54,593 nucleotides of DNA from Candidatus Moraniibacteriota bacterium (GTDB lineage: Bacteria > Patescibacteriota > Minisyncoccia > Moranbacterales > UBA11712): positions 1 to 54,593 of the forward strand of contig JAUXSN010000007.1 in NCBI GenBank assembly GCA_030679895.1, written 5' to 3'. The translations under genes were made by a program, and so were the position numbers. Below, one piece after another: positions 26,736 through 36,961 of this stretch; position 1 is the first letter of the stretch; the number at the start of each line of letters is the position of its first letter. The notes under the pieces are model-generated. The model was not told the origin of the DNA. It was given only the letters and a program-made list of their open reading frames with translations, and did no database searches.

Positions 26736-27779
26736 ATGAAATATTTAAAAGACATCGATTTTAAAAACAAACGTGTATTATTAAGGACGGACTTCAATGT
26801 TCCGCTTGAAAACGGGAAAGTGAAAGACGACTGGAGAATCCGGGCTGTTTTGCCAACCATAAAATATATCTTGAAGCAGCCCAAGTCCAAAATTGTCATC
26901 ATTTCTCACCTTGGCCGGCCGGAAGGAAAAATTGATCCTAAATTTTCACTACGCCCGGTGGCGAAAAAATTAGGCGAAATTATTGGCCGGAAAATCGTTT
27001 TTATTGAGGATATGCTAAACAACGAAGGAAATGATATCATAAGATCATTAGGAGAAGGGGAAATAGCGCTCGCGGAGAATATCCGATTCTATCCGGAAGA
27101 AGAAAAAGATGATGAAAATTTCGCCATTAATCTCTGTCATCATTTCGGAGTCTTTGTGAATGACGCTTTTAGCGCCACTCATCGCGCCCATGCAACAGTA
27201 GCTCAAATTCCCCGCTTCAAACCCAGTTGCGCCGGACTTTTGATGGAAAAAGAAATAGATGAATTATCAAAAGCCCTAAAGCCGCCAAAGAGGCCTTCGA
27301 TAGCCGTAATCGGAGGCGCGAAAATAGAAACAAAACTTCCCTTAATTGAAAGCCTGGCTGATATTTATGACGTTGTTTTGGTTGGGGGACGGGTAGCCGT
27401 CGAAGCTCAAGAAAAAAAGATAGCTTTTAAGCAGAATGTCGTTTTTCCCGACGATTATATAGACGGGACTCTCGACATCGGCCCCAAAACAACCGAGAAA
27501 TACAAAATGGCTATTTCAGCCGCGTCTTTTCTCGTCTGGAACGGCCCGATGGGAAAATTTGAAGAAGAAAAATACCGGAAAGGAACAGAGGAAATATATG
27601 CGGCTATTATCAGCTCGGACGCGTATAAAATCGCCGGGGGAGGCGAGTCGGTCGAATTTATCAATTCTCAAAATGGCGCGGATAAGTTCGATTTCATTTC
27701 CTCCGGCGGAGGAGCCATGCTCGAATTTTTGAGCGGAAAAAAATTGCCAGGAATCGTCGCTTTGGAAAACAACCTTTAA
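26736..27779 (+). CDS. pgk: Phosphoglycerate kinase (compact)
   Basis: RTDFNVP, SHLGRP, ENIRF, VNDAF..HR.H, GGAK, WNGPMG.FE, SGGGAMLE. Confidence 0.97.
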   Translation: MKYLKDIDFKNKRVLLRTDFNVPLENGKVKDDWRIRAVLPTIKYILKQPKSKIVIISHLGRPEGKIDPKFSLRPVAKKLGEIIGRKIVFIEDMLNNEGNDIIRSLGEGEIALAENIRFYPEEEKDDENFAINLCHHFGVFVNDAFSATHRAHATVAQIPRFKPSCAGLLMEKEIDELSKALKPPKRPSIAVIGGAKIETKLPLIESLADIYDVVLVGGRVAVEAQEKKIAFKQNVVFPDDYIDGTLDIGPKTTEKYKMAISAASFLVWNGPMGKFEEEKYRKGTEEIYAAIISSDAYKIAGGGESVEFINSQNGADKFDFISSGGGAMLEFLSGKKLPGIVALENNL

Positions 27780-27780
27780 A

Positions 27781-27789
27781 TGCTATAAT
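27781..27789 (+). promoter_or_regulatory. Extended -10 element upstream of eno
   Basis: TGCTATAAT in the short intergenic gap. Confidence 0.55.
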
Positions 27790-27812
27790 ATTTACAGTTA
27801 AACACTTTTTTT

Positions 27813-29060
27813 ATGCCAAAAATAAAGAAAATTTCAGCTCTCGAAATTCTTGATTCAAGGGGAAATCCGACCGTAAAAGCGAACATAATTCTTGATAATG
27901 GTGTTGTCGGCGCCGCATCTGTTCCTTCAGGAGCTTCTACGGGAACATACGAAGCGTTGGAATTGCGCGATAGGGATACGCGCTATGGCGGATTGGGAGT
28001 TTTGAACGCGTGCGAAAATATCGAAAGAAATATCTCGAAAAAATTGATTGGATTCGATGCGGCTGATCAGAAAAAAATTGATGAGGCTATGATCGAACTT
28101 GACGGGACAGATGATAAATCGAATTTGGGAGCAAACGCCATCCTGGCAGTTTCTCTGGCAACGGCTCGCGCCGCAGCTAGCAGCGAAAATATTCCTTTGT
28201 ACGAATATCTTGCCGAAACGTTCAAATTTAAGAAGCCAAAAACAATGCCGACGGTTTTTTTCAATGTGATAAATGGCGGGGCGCATGCCGATTCAGGACT
28301 ATCTATCCAGGAATTTCAAATTATTCCCCGAGAATTCAAAAGTTTTTCTGAAAAACTGCGTGTGGCCAGTGAGGTATACCATAAACTCAAAGAACTTCTT
28401 GCGAATTCAGGCTATACGGTCGGCGTGGGAGACGAGGGCGGATTCGCGCCGAAACTCGACAGTCACAGTGAAGCCTTTGAATTTATCACGAGAGCCATCG
28501 AAGAAGCGGGATATAAGGAAAAAATCTCACTTGGGATTGATGCGGCCGCCTCGTATTTTTTCGACGCCAGCGAAAACAGCTATACGTTGAAACCGGAAAA
28601 TATTTCCCTTGAGCCTGAAAGGCTGATTGCTCTCTATCAGGAATGGATGAAAAAATACAACATTATTTCCCTTGAGGACGGACTTGCGGAAGATGATTTT
28701 GAAAGCTGGAAAAAAATGAATGAAAAAATCGGGCAAGATTTTTTGGTCGTCGGTGACGATCTCTTAGTGACTAATATCGGCCGCTTGGAAAAATCTCTCT
28801 CATTTTCTGCGGTAAATGCTGCAATTGTGAAGCCAAACCAGATCGGGACGCTCTCCGAAACGATGAATTTCATCAAAAAATGCCAGAAAAACAAAATCAA
28901 ATGCATTGTTTCTCATCGTAGTGGAGAAACAGAAGACGCTTTTGATGCCGACCTGGCTGTCGCCACGGGAGCAGAATACGTCAAATTCGGCGCGCCCTGC
29001 CGGGGAGAGCGCACGGCAAAATACAATCGAATGCTCGAAATAGAAAAGTTTATAATGTGA
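27813..29060 (+). CDS. eno: Enolase
   Basis: ILDSRGNPTV, VPSGASTG, GDEGGFAP, VGDDL, KPNQIGTLSE, SHRSGETED. Confidence 0.99.
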   Translation: MPKIKKISALEILDSRGNPTVKANIILDNGVVGAASVPSGASTGTYEALELRDRDTRYGGLGVLNACENIERNISKKLIGFDAADQKKIDEAMIELDGTDDKSNLGANAILAVSLATARAAASSENIPLYEYLAETFKFKKPKTMPTVFFNVINGGAHADSGLSIQEFQIIPREFKSFSEKLRVASEVYHKLKELLANSGYTVGVGDEGGFAPKLDSHSEAFEFITRAIEEAGYKEKISLGIDAAASYFFDASENSYTLKPENISLEPERLIALYQEWMKKYNIISLEDGLAEDDFESWKKMNEKIGQDFLVVGDDLLVTNIGRLEKSLSFSAVNAAIVKPNQIGTLSETMNFIKKCQKNKIKCIVSHRSGETEDAFDADLAVATGAEYVKFGAPCRGERTAKYNRMLEIEKFIM

Positions 29061-29075
29061 GTTTACTACCTCTAA

Positions 29076-30617
29076 ATGAAAAAAACAAAACCGACAATTC
29101 TTGCCATTCTTGACGGATGGGGAATTGGAGCAAAGGATGATACGAACGCGATTTGGCTTGCCAAGACGCCGGTTTTTGATTATTTATTCGAAAAATATCC
29201 TTATACGGAGCTGAACGCGACCGGTACGGCCGTCGGACTTGATAATCGCCAAACCAGCGGATCGGAAACCGGCCATATGAACATCGGCGCCGGCAGAATC
29301 GTGAAGCAGGATTCAAGAAAAATATCCGAAAGCATCAATACGGGAACTTTTTTTCATAATGCCGCCTTTCTTGGCGCGATTTCGCACGTCAAAAAGAATA
29401 AGGCGAACCTTCATCTCGCGGGACTATTGGGAAATGAAGACAGTCCGCACATGAGCCCTTACCATCTCGAAGCCCTTTTGCTTCTTGCAAAAAGAAACAA
29501 CGTAAAAAATGTCTTTATTCATTTTTTCACCGACGGGCGGGATTCATACCCCAAAAGCGCGCTGGCGCATCTCGCAGACTGGGAGAAGAGAATGAAGCAA
29601 ATCGGCGTAGGCAAAATCGCGAGCCTCATCGGCCGCTTTTACGCGATGGATCGGGCAAAAAATTGGGATCGGCTGAAAATCGCCTATGATCTTATGGTAT
29701 CCGGCAAGGGGAAAAAGTTCAGCGAGGCAAAGGGCGCCGTGAGATATTATTATCAAAATAAACTTACCGACGAATATATAAAACCATCGCTTATCGATGG
29801 AAAAGGGGAGAAGTTTGTTACAATAAACAATAATGATTCAGTAATATTTTTCAATCTTCGCTCTGATCGCGCCCGGCAGTTCGCGAAACTCTTTGTTCTT
29901 GAAAAATCAAAGGAAACAAAATTGCCTGTGCCGCGTCTCAAAAATTTGTATTTTGTCGCAATGACAAATTTTGGACCGGACCTTCCGGTGCATACCGCTT
30001 TTCAGGACCATCCGGTTAACGGAACATTGCCCGCTGCGCTTACAAAGTTTTCCCAGCTTTACATAGCCGAAACGGAAAAATTCGCGCATATAACGTATTT
30101 TTTGAATGGCGGCTATGCGGATGCTCTCAACGGCGAAGATCGCCTGATGATTCCGTCGCCCGTCACTGACAATTATGCCAAAATTCCGCAAATGTCAGCG
30201 GAAAAAATCACGCAAAAAGTTTTGGGATTTTTGAAAAAAGAAAAGTATAATTTTACGGCGATCAATTTTGCCAACGCCGATATGATCGGACATACCGGAG
30301 AAATAAAAGCGGCAGTCAAAGCGGTTGAATGCGTGGATAGAAATCTCGGAAAATTATATAAAGAGTTGCAAAAGTGCGGCGGAAATCTGATTGTCACCGC
30401 CGATCATGGAAATGCCGATTGTATGTGGGACAAAAAAGCGAAACTTCCGATGACCTTTCATACTAAAAATCCGGTGCCGTTTATTTTAGCCGGCGATAAA
30501 TATAAAAAAATTAAATTGCAATCGAACGGAGTTTTGGGAAATATCGCGCCGACCATTTGCGATGTTTTGCAAATCGGAAAATTACCGGAAATGAAACTTG
30601 AAAGTTTGCTAAAATAA
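29076..30617 (+). CDS. gpmI: 2,3-bisphosphoglycerate-independent phosphoglycerate mutase
   Basis: ILDGWG, SETGH, TDGRD, GRFYAMDR, ETEKFAH, N.DMIGHTG, TADHGN. Confidence 0.97.
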   Translation: MKKTKPTILAILDGWGIGAKDDTNAIWLAKTPVFDYLFEKYPYTELNATGTAVGLDNRQTSGSETGHMNIGAGRIVKQDSRKISESINTGTFFHNAAFLGAISHVKKNKANLHLAGLLGNEDSPHMSPYHLEALLLLAKRNNVKNVFIHFFTDGRDSYPKSALAHLADWEKRMKQIGVGKIASLIGRFYAMDRAKNWDRLKIAYDLMVSGKGKKFSEAKGAVRYYYQNKLTDEYIKPSLIDGKGEKFVTINNNDSVIFFNLRSDRARQFAKLFVLEKSKETKLPVPRLKNLYFVAMTNFGPDLPVHTAFQDHPVNGTLPAALTKFSQLYIAETEKFAHITYFLNGGYADALNGEDRLMIPSPVTDNYAKIPQMSAEKITQKVLGFLKKEKYNFTAINFANADMIGHTGEIKAAVKAVECVDRNLGKLYKELQKCGGNLIVTADHGNADCMWDKKAKLPMTFHTKNPVPFILAGDKYKKIKLQSNGVLGNIAPTICDVLQIGKLPEMKLESLLK

Positions 30618-30634
30618 TTCATAATTTTTCAAAA

Positions 30635-31609
30635 ATGAAATACGATCTCGTCGCTATCGGCTCGGCCGTCAAAGATATCTTTCTTGTCACTGATCGGGGA
30701 AAAATTTTCAAAACTCCGAAAGATAAATTGGCCCCCGAATGGCTGGGGTTTGAATTGGGAGAAAAAATATGCGTGAGTGAAGAATACGAATGCCTGGGAG
30801 GAGTGGCTGCCAGCGTCGCAATCGGGACGACCAAATTAAATTTGAAAACAGGCATCGTTTCCACCTTGGTCGCCAATTATGACTGGATTGCGGGAGAACT
30901 GAAAAAACATAGAATCGATACAAAATATCTTGCGAAACACATTCCCCAGCTTCTGTCTCTTTCCGTCATCATTGTGGACAAATATACCAGCGAACGGGTA
31001 ATTTTATACAACCAATCCTCCGGAAAAATTGATATAGACCTCCTGAAAATGCCAAAAGCCGAATACTATTGCGTCTCGTCCCTGACCGGAAAATGGGCCA
31101 AAAATGTGCTTAAAATTGTTGATTTTCTAAAGAAAAATAAGGCAAAATTGATCATCCTTCCCAGCACCAACCAAATCCGGGAGGGATTCAACGATCTTAA
31201 AAAACTTTTAGGAGCGGCGGAAATCCTCATTCTGAACCGCAACGAAGCCGTTGAAATAGCCAGCCATCTCAAAATAAAAGATTTCGGCATGAAAAATTTG
31301 TTCAAAGTCCTCCATGATCTCGGCCCTAAAACCATTTGTATCACCGACGGAACAAAAGGGGCTTGGTCCAGCGACGGAAAGCAAATCCTCCACAGCCCGA
31401 TAATAAAAGTGAAAGCCGTTGATTCTACCGGCGCCGGCGACGCGTTCGCCAGCGGATTTCTGGGATTTTATCTCAAAGGCGCCACTCTCGAAGCTTCTCT
31501 CAAGGCCGGAGTCATTAACAGCGCCAGCGTCGTGAAATACGTGGGAACGATGAAGGGACTCCTGACGAAAAAAGAAATATTGGGAGATCCTAACCTTTCC
31601 CAATATTAA
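30635..31609 (+). CDS. PfkB-family carbohydrate kinase
   Basis: LNRNEA, ITDGTKG, DSTGAGDAFASG. Confidence 0.92.
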   Translation: MKYDLVAIGSAVKDIFLVTDRGKIFKTPKDKLAPEWLGFELGEKICVSEEYECLGGVAASVAIGTTKLNLKTGIVSTLVANYDWIAGELKKHRIDTKYLAKHIPQLLSLSVIIVDKYTSERVILYNQSSGKIDIDLLKMPKAEYYCVSSLTGKWAKNVLKIVDFLKKNKAKLIILPSTNQIREGFNDLKKLLGAAEILILNRNEAVEIASHLKIKDFGMKNLFKVLHDLGPKTICITDGTKGAWSSDGKQILHSPIIKVKAVDSTGAGDAFASGFLGFYLKGATLEASLKAGVINSASVVKYVGTMKGLLTKKEILGDPNLSQY

Positions 31610-31622
31610 ATGTCAGGAAAAC
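31590..31622. repeat. Dyad repeat family copy 2, overlapping the PfkB gene stop
   Basis: CTAACCTTTCCCAATATTAAATGTCAGGAAAAC; 29/33 identical to 54314-54346. Confidence 0.85.
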
Positions 31623-31646
31623 GGAAGAGCCTTTTTTTGGCTTTTG

Positions 31647-31655
31647 TGCTATAAT
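31647..31655 (+). promoter_or_regulatory. Extended -10 element 6 nt upstream of the acetate-CoA ligase ATG (leaderless geometry)
   Basis: TGCTATAAT-ttgacc-ATG. Confidence 0.6.
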
Positions 31656-31661
31656 TTGACC

Positions 31662-33740
31662 ATGAGAAACCTCGAATCTTTTTTCAATCCCCGTTCTATC
31701 GCCATCGTCGGCGCATCGCCCCATAAGGGAAAAATGGGAAATGTTATTTTGCGAAATATCCGTTCGGCCGGCTGGAAAGGCCGGATTTTCTGCGTTAATC
31801 CCAGCCACAAAAAGATCGGGGATCTGGCCTGCTTTTCCAAGTTAAGCGATATTGGAAAAAATATTGATCTGGTCCTGGTTGCCATTCCAGCTCCTTTTAT
31901 TAATGAGGCAATCGAGAATGGCGCAGGATCAATTCCAAAAATATCCAATTTTGTCGTCATTTCATCGGGCTTCAAGGAAACCGGTCCGGATGGGAAAAAA
32001 CGCGAGGAAGAACTGGCCGGGCTCGCTAAAAAATATCAACTGAATATTCTGGGGCCGAATTGTCTTGGATTTATCAATCCAAGATTAAAGCTAAACGCCA
32101 GTTTCACATCGGGTAATTTTAAACCCGGAAAAGCCGCGATCGTATCCCAATCCGGAGCGCTCGGGGTAGCTCTTCTCGATTGGACGGAGAATTTATCGCT
32201 TGGTTTTTCAAAAGTGATCTCTATCGGAAACAAAGCCGATCTCGATGAAACTGAAATCACGGATTATCTTGCCGGCGATAAAGATACCCAGGCGCTGGCC
32301 CTTTATCTCGAGGACATCAAAAACGGTCCTGATTTTATTTCATCAATAAGCAAAATAATCAATGAAAAACCGGTCTTCGTATTGAAAGCCGGAAAAAATA
32401 CCGTCGGGCAAAAAGCCATTTCTTCCCATACCGGATCGCTGGCGCAAGATGAGGCTGTTATTTCGGCGATTTTCGCGAAATTGGGCGTCATAGAAGCTAA
32501 AAATATCGCCGAATTTCAAGATTTGATCCTATATACCAGTTCCGATTCCGTCCCGAGAAAAAAAGAAGTGATCATTGTCACAAACGCGGGCGGACCCGGC
32601 GTTTTGGCCGCCGATTATGTCGGAAAATCAAAATCCATAAAATTGCTCGATTTCCCGGAAGATTTTAAAAAAGAGCTGAAAAAGCATCTTCCGGAAAGCG
32701 CTTCTGTCGAAAATCCGATTGATGTCATAGGGGACGCCCCGCCGGAAAGATACGCGGATGTTTTGGAGCGTATTTCCCGAAAATATCCGGCTCATCCCAT
32801 TTTGATTATCCTGACGCCCCAATCCCAGACTGATCCGGAAAAAGTCGCTAAAATCCTCGTTAATTTCAAGAAAAAATTTCCCGTACTGACCACTTGCTTT
32901 ATGGGCGGAGTGAAAATTCAAAAGGCGATAGAAAATTTGCATAAAAACGGCGTGGCCAATTTTGAAAGTCCGGAACGGGCTCTGGCTGTCATTAAAAAAC
33001 TTGTCCGGTTCAATTCTGTCGAAAAAAAGCCGGTACTAAGCGCGGAACAGGAAGAGATTAAGCTGAAATACAAGGTAAATTCCATTTTGCAGTCGGCCGT
33101 CTGCCAAAAACGAGAGATGCTTTATTGGAATGAAACCAAAAAAATATTTGAGAATTACGGCCTGAAACTGGCGCCATCCATATCGGCCGGGGAAGGAAAA
33201 ATAATGAATTTTAAAAAAATAAAGTATCCTTGCGCTCTGAAAACCGATGATCCGAAGATTATTCACCGCTGGGATAAAAAGGCCGTCATCCTGAATATTC
33301 AAAACAAACGGGAATTGAAAACCGCTTTCCGAAAAATCCAAAAGACGACCGGGACAAAAAACTTGTTAGTTCAGCCTATGGCCAAGCCCGGCCTTGAGCT
33401 GATTATCGGACTAAAAAGGGACAAATCCTTCGGACCGGTAATTGTCTGCGGCTTGGGCGGAACATTCACCGAAATCTGGAAGGATCGGGTGATTCTAATC
33501 CCTCCTTTGACCGCCGCCCAAATTTCGGAGGAGCTGAAAAAACTGCGAATTTTCCCCATTCTCAAGGGATATCGCCGGGACAAGGGCTATAATTTGAAAG
33601 AAATCGCTAACATCATCCTGGCTCTCCAAAATATGGCCGTGGAAAATCAGGATATATCCGGAATTGATATTAACCCTGTCATGGTTTATAATGATGGCAG
33701 CAAATATCAGATTCTGGACGCAAAAGTATATACTAATTAA
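31662..33740 (+). CDS. Acetate--CoA ligase (ADP-forming), fused alpha/beta
   Basis: PRSIAIVGAS, GPNCLG, SQSGALG, GNKADL, SHTGSLA (phospho-His), NAGGPG, NPID, C-terminal ATP-grasp (FGPVI..GLGG, DINP). Confidence 0.93.
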   Translation: MRNLESFFNPRSIAIVGASPHKGKMGNVILRNIRSAGWKGRIFCVNPSHKKIGDLACFSKLSDIGKNIDLVLVAIPAPFINEAIENGAGSIPKISNFVVISSGFKETGPDGKKREEELAGLAKKYQLNILGPNCLGFINPRLKLNASFTSGNFKPGKAAIVSQSGALGVALLDWTENLSLGFSKVISIGNKADLDETEITDYLAGDKDTQALALYLEDIKNGPDFISSISKIINEKPVFVLKAGKNTVGQKAISSHTGSLAQDEAVISAIFAKLGVIEAKNIAEFQDLILYTSSDSVPRKKEVIIVTNAGGPGVLAADYVGKSKSIKLLDFPEDFKKELKKHLPESASVENPIDVIGDAPPERYADVLERISRKYPAHPILIILTPQSQTDPEKVAKILVNFKKKFPVLTTCFMGGVKIQKAIENLHKNGVANFESPERALAVIKKLVRFNSVEKKPVLSAEQEEIKLKYKVNSILQSAVCQKREMLYWNETKKIFENYGLKLAPSISAGEGKIMNFKKIKYPCALKTDDPKIIHRWDKKAVILNIQNKRELKTAFRKIQKTTGTKNLLVQPMAKPGLELIIGLKRDKSFGPVIVCGLGGTFTEIWKDRVILIPPLTAAQISEELKKLRIFPILKGYRRDKGYNLKEIANIILALQNMAVENQDISGIDINPVMVYNDGSKYQILDAKVYTN

Positions 33741-33753
33741 TAACTTTAAAAAT

Positions 33754-34320
33754 ATGCCGGACAGTAGTTACAAAATATTAATCGTAGACGATGATGATGT
33801 TATTCGGGAAACCTATGCTCAGATATTCAAACAAAAGAAAGCCGAAGTGATCAGCGCCAAAGACGGCGTGGAAGGGCTTGATCTGGCAACGAAAGAAATG
33901 CCGGATGTGATTATGACCGGAATCATCATGCCCCGGATGGACGGTTTTCAGCTGATCAAGGCGCTCAAGGAAAATGTTCAGACCGCGGTTATTCCCATCG
34001 CCGTCCTTTCTCACCTGGGGCGGGAAGAAGATCGAAAAAAAACCGAGGAGCTGGGGATTACTAATTTTATCGTTCAGGGATCTGTAACTCCGAACGAGCT
34101 TGTCGACAGGATAAAAAACATGACTCATGCCAGTGGATCATTCAAATTGAGTTTTGATCCGTACGCCTGGGACGCGCCAAGGCTCGCGAAAACTCTTGAC
34201 GGGAAAAATTTAAGCTGCCCGAACTGCCAGGAAAAATTGATTATGGAAGTGACGGCAAAAAAAGAAGGACGCGGTTTCGATGGAATTTTGAAGTGTCCGA
34301 AGTGCGATTATTCGACATAG
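33754..34320 (+). CDS. Atypical receiver-domain protein with C-terminal zinc ribbon
   Basis: IVDDD...PDVIMTGIIMPRMDG (Gly at the phospho-Asp position); CPNC...CPKC. Confidence 0.85.
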   Translation: MPDSSYKILIVDDDDVIRETYAQIFKQKKAEVISAKDGVEGLDLATKEMPDVIMTGIIMPRMDGFQLIKALKENVQTAVIPIAVLSHLGREEDRKKTEELGITNFIVQGSVTPNELVDRIKNMTHASGSFKLSFDPYAWDAPRLAKTLDGKNLSCPNCQEKLIMEVTAKKEGRGFDGILKCPKCDYST

Positions 34321-34334
34321 CTAACCGATAAATA

Positions 34335-36044
34335 ATGAAATGGATCCTGAAGCCGTCTCCCGAAATACCAGGGGAGTTACAATCTGTTTCCTTGAATCCT
34401 ATTACCCTTCAGCTTTTGGTTCAAAGGGGTTTTTTTTCAAAAGTTGACATTCAAAAGTTCCTCAACTCGAGTTATGATGACCTGCACTCCCCGGATGGCC
34501 TCGCGGGAGTGAAGGAAGCGGTTGACAGATTGGCAAAAGCGATTAAAAAAAAGGAAAAAGTGGCTATTTACGGGGATTATGACGCCGACGGGATCACCTC
34601 GACTGTTCTCCTCAAGGAAGTTTTGGAAAAAGTGGGCCTAAGCGCCGAAACTTATATTCCGGATCGCAATAAGGAAGGCTACGGACTTAATGAAAAAGCG
34701 CTGGATATGATAAAGGCTGATTACGGCGCCGACCTTCTTATCACGGTTGATTGCGGAATATCAAATAAAGATGAAATAGAATACGCCCGCAAGAAAGGAA
34801 TGGGAGTGATTGTCATCGACCATCATTCCATTCCGAAAGCGCTTCCTCAAAATTGCATTCTGATCAATCCGAAACTTCCCGGCCAAGAATATCCTTTCAA
34901 GGATCTGGCCGGTGTGGGAGTGGTCTTCAAATTCGCTCAAGCCTTGTGGAAAAAAATAATTCCGGAAAAAGAAGCTCATTTGAAATGGTTTCTGGATCTG
35001 GTCGCTATCGGAACGGTCGCTGATTGCGTACCCTTGATCGATGAAAACAGGATATTTGCCAAATTCGGCCTTATTGTCCTTCAAAAAACCAAGCGGCTGG
35101 GAATCCAGGAGATCATTAAAACGGCCAGGCTTAATATTGATGAAAAGAATCCTCCCAGCGTGGAAAATATCGGCTATCAAATCGGACCGCGATTCAACGC
35201 GGCTGGCAGAATGGACCATGCCGACCTCACCTTGAATCTTTTGACGGGAAAAGATCCGGTGAAAGCCCGGATTCTGGCCCTTGAACTTGAAAGTATGAAC
35301 AGCGCGAGGCAAAAAATAACCCAGCAAGTCCTGGGCGAGATAAAAAGCACTCTGGAGCCCGGAAAGGATTACCGGCTGATCATCCGAAAGGGCGCTCACT
35401 GGCCGATGGGGATACTTGGCGTCGTAGCCGGAAAAATTGCCGACGAATATTATTGTCCGGTTTTTATTCTTCGCGAAAATAAAGATCTTATTGAAGGATC
35501 CGGCCGCAGCATCGAGGCTTTCGATCTTATTTCGGCTGTCAGTCGACTTGATGATTTGGTGGAGAAATACGGAGGACATTCGCAGGCTATGGGCCTCAAA
35601 ATAAAACCGGAAAATCTTCCCAAATTTGAAAAAAGGCTGGAGAAATTAATCAAAGACGTTTATAATGAAGAAGCATGGGGGAAAGCCATCCATGTTGACG
35701 CGGAAATAGCCACCGAAAAAATAGACTGGGATCTTTTTTCCGAGACGCGGAAATTGGAGCCTTTTGGAGAAGGCAATCGCGAACCTGTTTTTCTTTCCCA
35801 TAACTTGCTAGTGCGAGAAATGAATCTTGTCGGAAACGGACAAAAACACATCAAATTTTCTTTCAGTCTCGATAAGGATAAAAAAATAATCGAAGGAATA
35901 TTTTTTAAAGGCGCTGAAATTTTTTCGCAGATGAAAAAGGGGGAAACCATATCCGCGGTTTATAATCTGAAATCAAACAAATGGAACGGGAGCCAAAAAC
36001 TGGAACTGAATATTATTGACATTCACAACAAGCAATATGGATAA
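34335..36044 (+). CDS. recJ: Single-stranded-DNA exonuclease RecJ
   Basis: GDYDADG, EGYG, TVDCG, DHH, GTVADCVPL, NAAGR, GSGRS, GGH, EPFG.GN. Confidence 0.98.
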   Translation: MKWILKPSPEIPGELQSVSLNPITLQLLVQRGFFSKVDIQKFLNSSYDDLHSPDGLAGVKEAVDRLAKAIKKKEKVAIYGDYDADGITSTVLLKEVLEKVGLSAETYIPDRNKEGYGLNEKALDMIKADYGADLLITVDCGISNKDEIEYARKKGMGVIVIDHHSIPKALPQNCILINPKLPGQEYPFKDLAGVGVVFKFAQALWKKIIPEKEAHLKWFLDLVAIGTVADCVPLIDENRIFAKFGLIVLQKTKRLGIQEIIKTARLNIDEKNPPSVENIGYQIGPRFNAAGRMDHADLTLNLLTGKDPVKARILALELESMNSARQKITQQVLGEIKSTLEPGKDYRLIIRKGAHWPMGILGVVAGKIADEYYCPVFILRENKDLIEGSGRSIEAFDLISAVSRLDDLVEKYGGHSQAMGLKIKPENLPKFEKRLEKLIKDVYNEEAWGKAIHVDAEIATEKIDWDLFSETRKLEPFGEGNREPVFLSHNLLVREMNLVGNGQKHIKFSFSLDKDKKIIEGIFFKGAEIFSQMKKGETISAVYNLKSNKWNGSQKLELNIIDIHNKQYG

Positions 36045-36474
36045 GATCAAAATTTTTTCTGACGGCGCCGCGCGGGGCAATCCCGGACCTTCATCCATCG
36101 GCGTCGTAATCGAGGCTGACGGAAAGAAAAAAACTTATCGGGAATTTATCGGTTATGCCACCAATAATGAAGCCGAATATAAAGCTCTGATTTTCGCCCT
36201 GCAGAAAGTAAAACTGCTTTTTGGCAAGACAAAATCAAAAACTTTAAGCCTTGATTGTTATCTCGACAGTGAACTGGTTGTCAAACAGCTGAATCACGAA
36301 TATAAGGTGAACGAAGAGAATATTCAGAAACTTTTTCTTTTGGTCTGGAATTTATCCATCGATTTCAAGGATGTCAGTTACAGCCATATTCCAAGAGCAA
36401 AAAACGCGGAAGCGGACAGGCTGGCTAATTTAGCCCTTGACGAAGCCACCAGAGCCCAAAGCCGGATGTTCTAA
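36037..36474 (+). CDS. rnhA: Ribonuclease HI (archaeal/RnhA-like)
   Basis: DGAARGNPG, TNNEAEY, DSELV, HIPR..N.EADRLAN. Confidence 0.92.
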   Translation: MDKIKIFSDGAARGNPGPSSIGVVIEADGKKKTYREFIGYATNNEAEYKALIFALQKVKLLFGKTKSKTLSLDCYLDSELVVKQLNHEYKVNEENIQKLFLLVWNLSIDFKDVSYSHIPRAKNAEADRLANLALDEATRAQSRMF

Positions 36475-36510
36475 AATAGCTTATTTAAGCTATTTTTTAT
36501 TTATTTAACA

Positions 36511-36539
36511 TTGACAAAACCCTGGAAATAAAGTAGCAT
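36511..36539 (+). promoter_or_regulatory. Sigma70 promoter of rnpB
   Basis: TTGACA (36511-36516), 17 nt, TAGCAT (36534-36539). Confidence 0.8.
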
Positions 36540-36545
36540 CATTAG

Positions 36546-36954
36546 GTTAGTCAAGCTGGATAATCGCTCGTTTAACCCTCAAAAGTTAAGCGGGAGGAAA
36601 GTCCGGACACCTGCCCGCGTTATTGCGGGTATACTATGGGCAGTGGGTAACCCCCACCGGATGCATTGAAAGATGCATTTAGGGAAAGTGCCACAGAGAC
36701 TATACTGTCCCGCTTAGCGGGAGAAAGGTGAAAAGCCGATTAATGTTTATTTTGCTTTTGTGAAATAAGCTGTAATTGGAGCCGACTGGCGACAGTCGGA
36801 ACTCGGCAAACCCTGCCTGGTGCAAGTCTGTGTCTCCCGGCGTTTCATCGGGAGAAAGACGCTCGATCCCGATAGTAATATCGGGGCTAGATAAATGATT
36901 ATCTCTTTCGCCTTTGGCGAATAGACAGAATCCGGCTTATAGGCTTCGGCTAAC
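36546..36954 (+). ncRNA. rnpB: RNase P RNA (bacterial, type A-like)
   Basis: GAGGAAAGTCCGG, GGAAAGTGCCACAGA, GGTGAAA, GGCAAACCC..GGTGCAAG, CTAGATAAATGAT, ACAGAATCCGGCTTA; P1 pairs GTTAGTCAAGC with GCTTCGGCTAAC. Confidence 0.96.
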
Positions 36955-36961
36955 AACAGCC

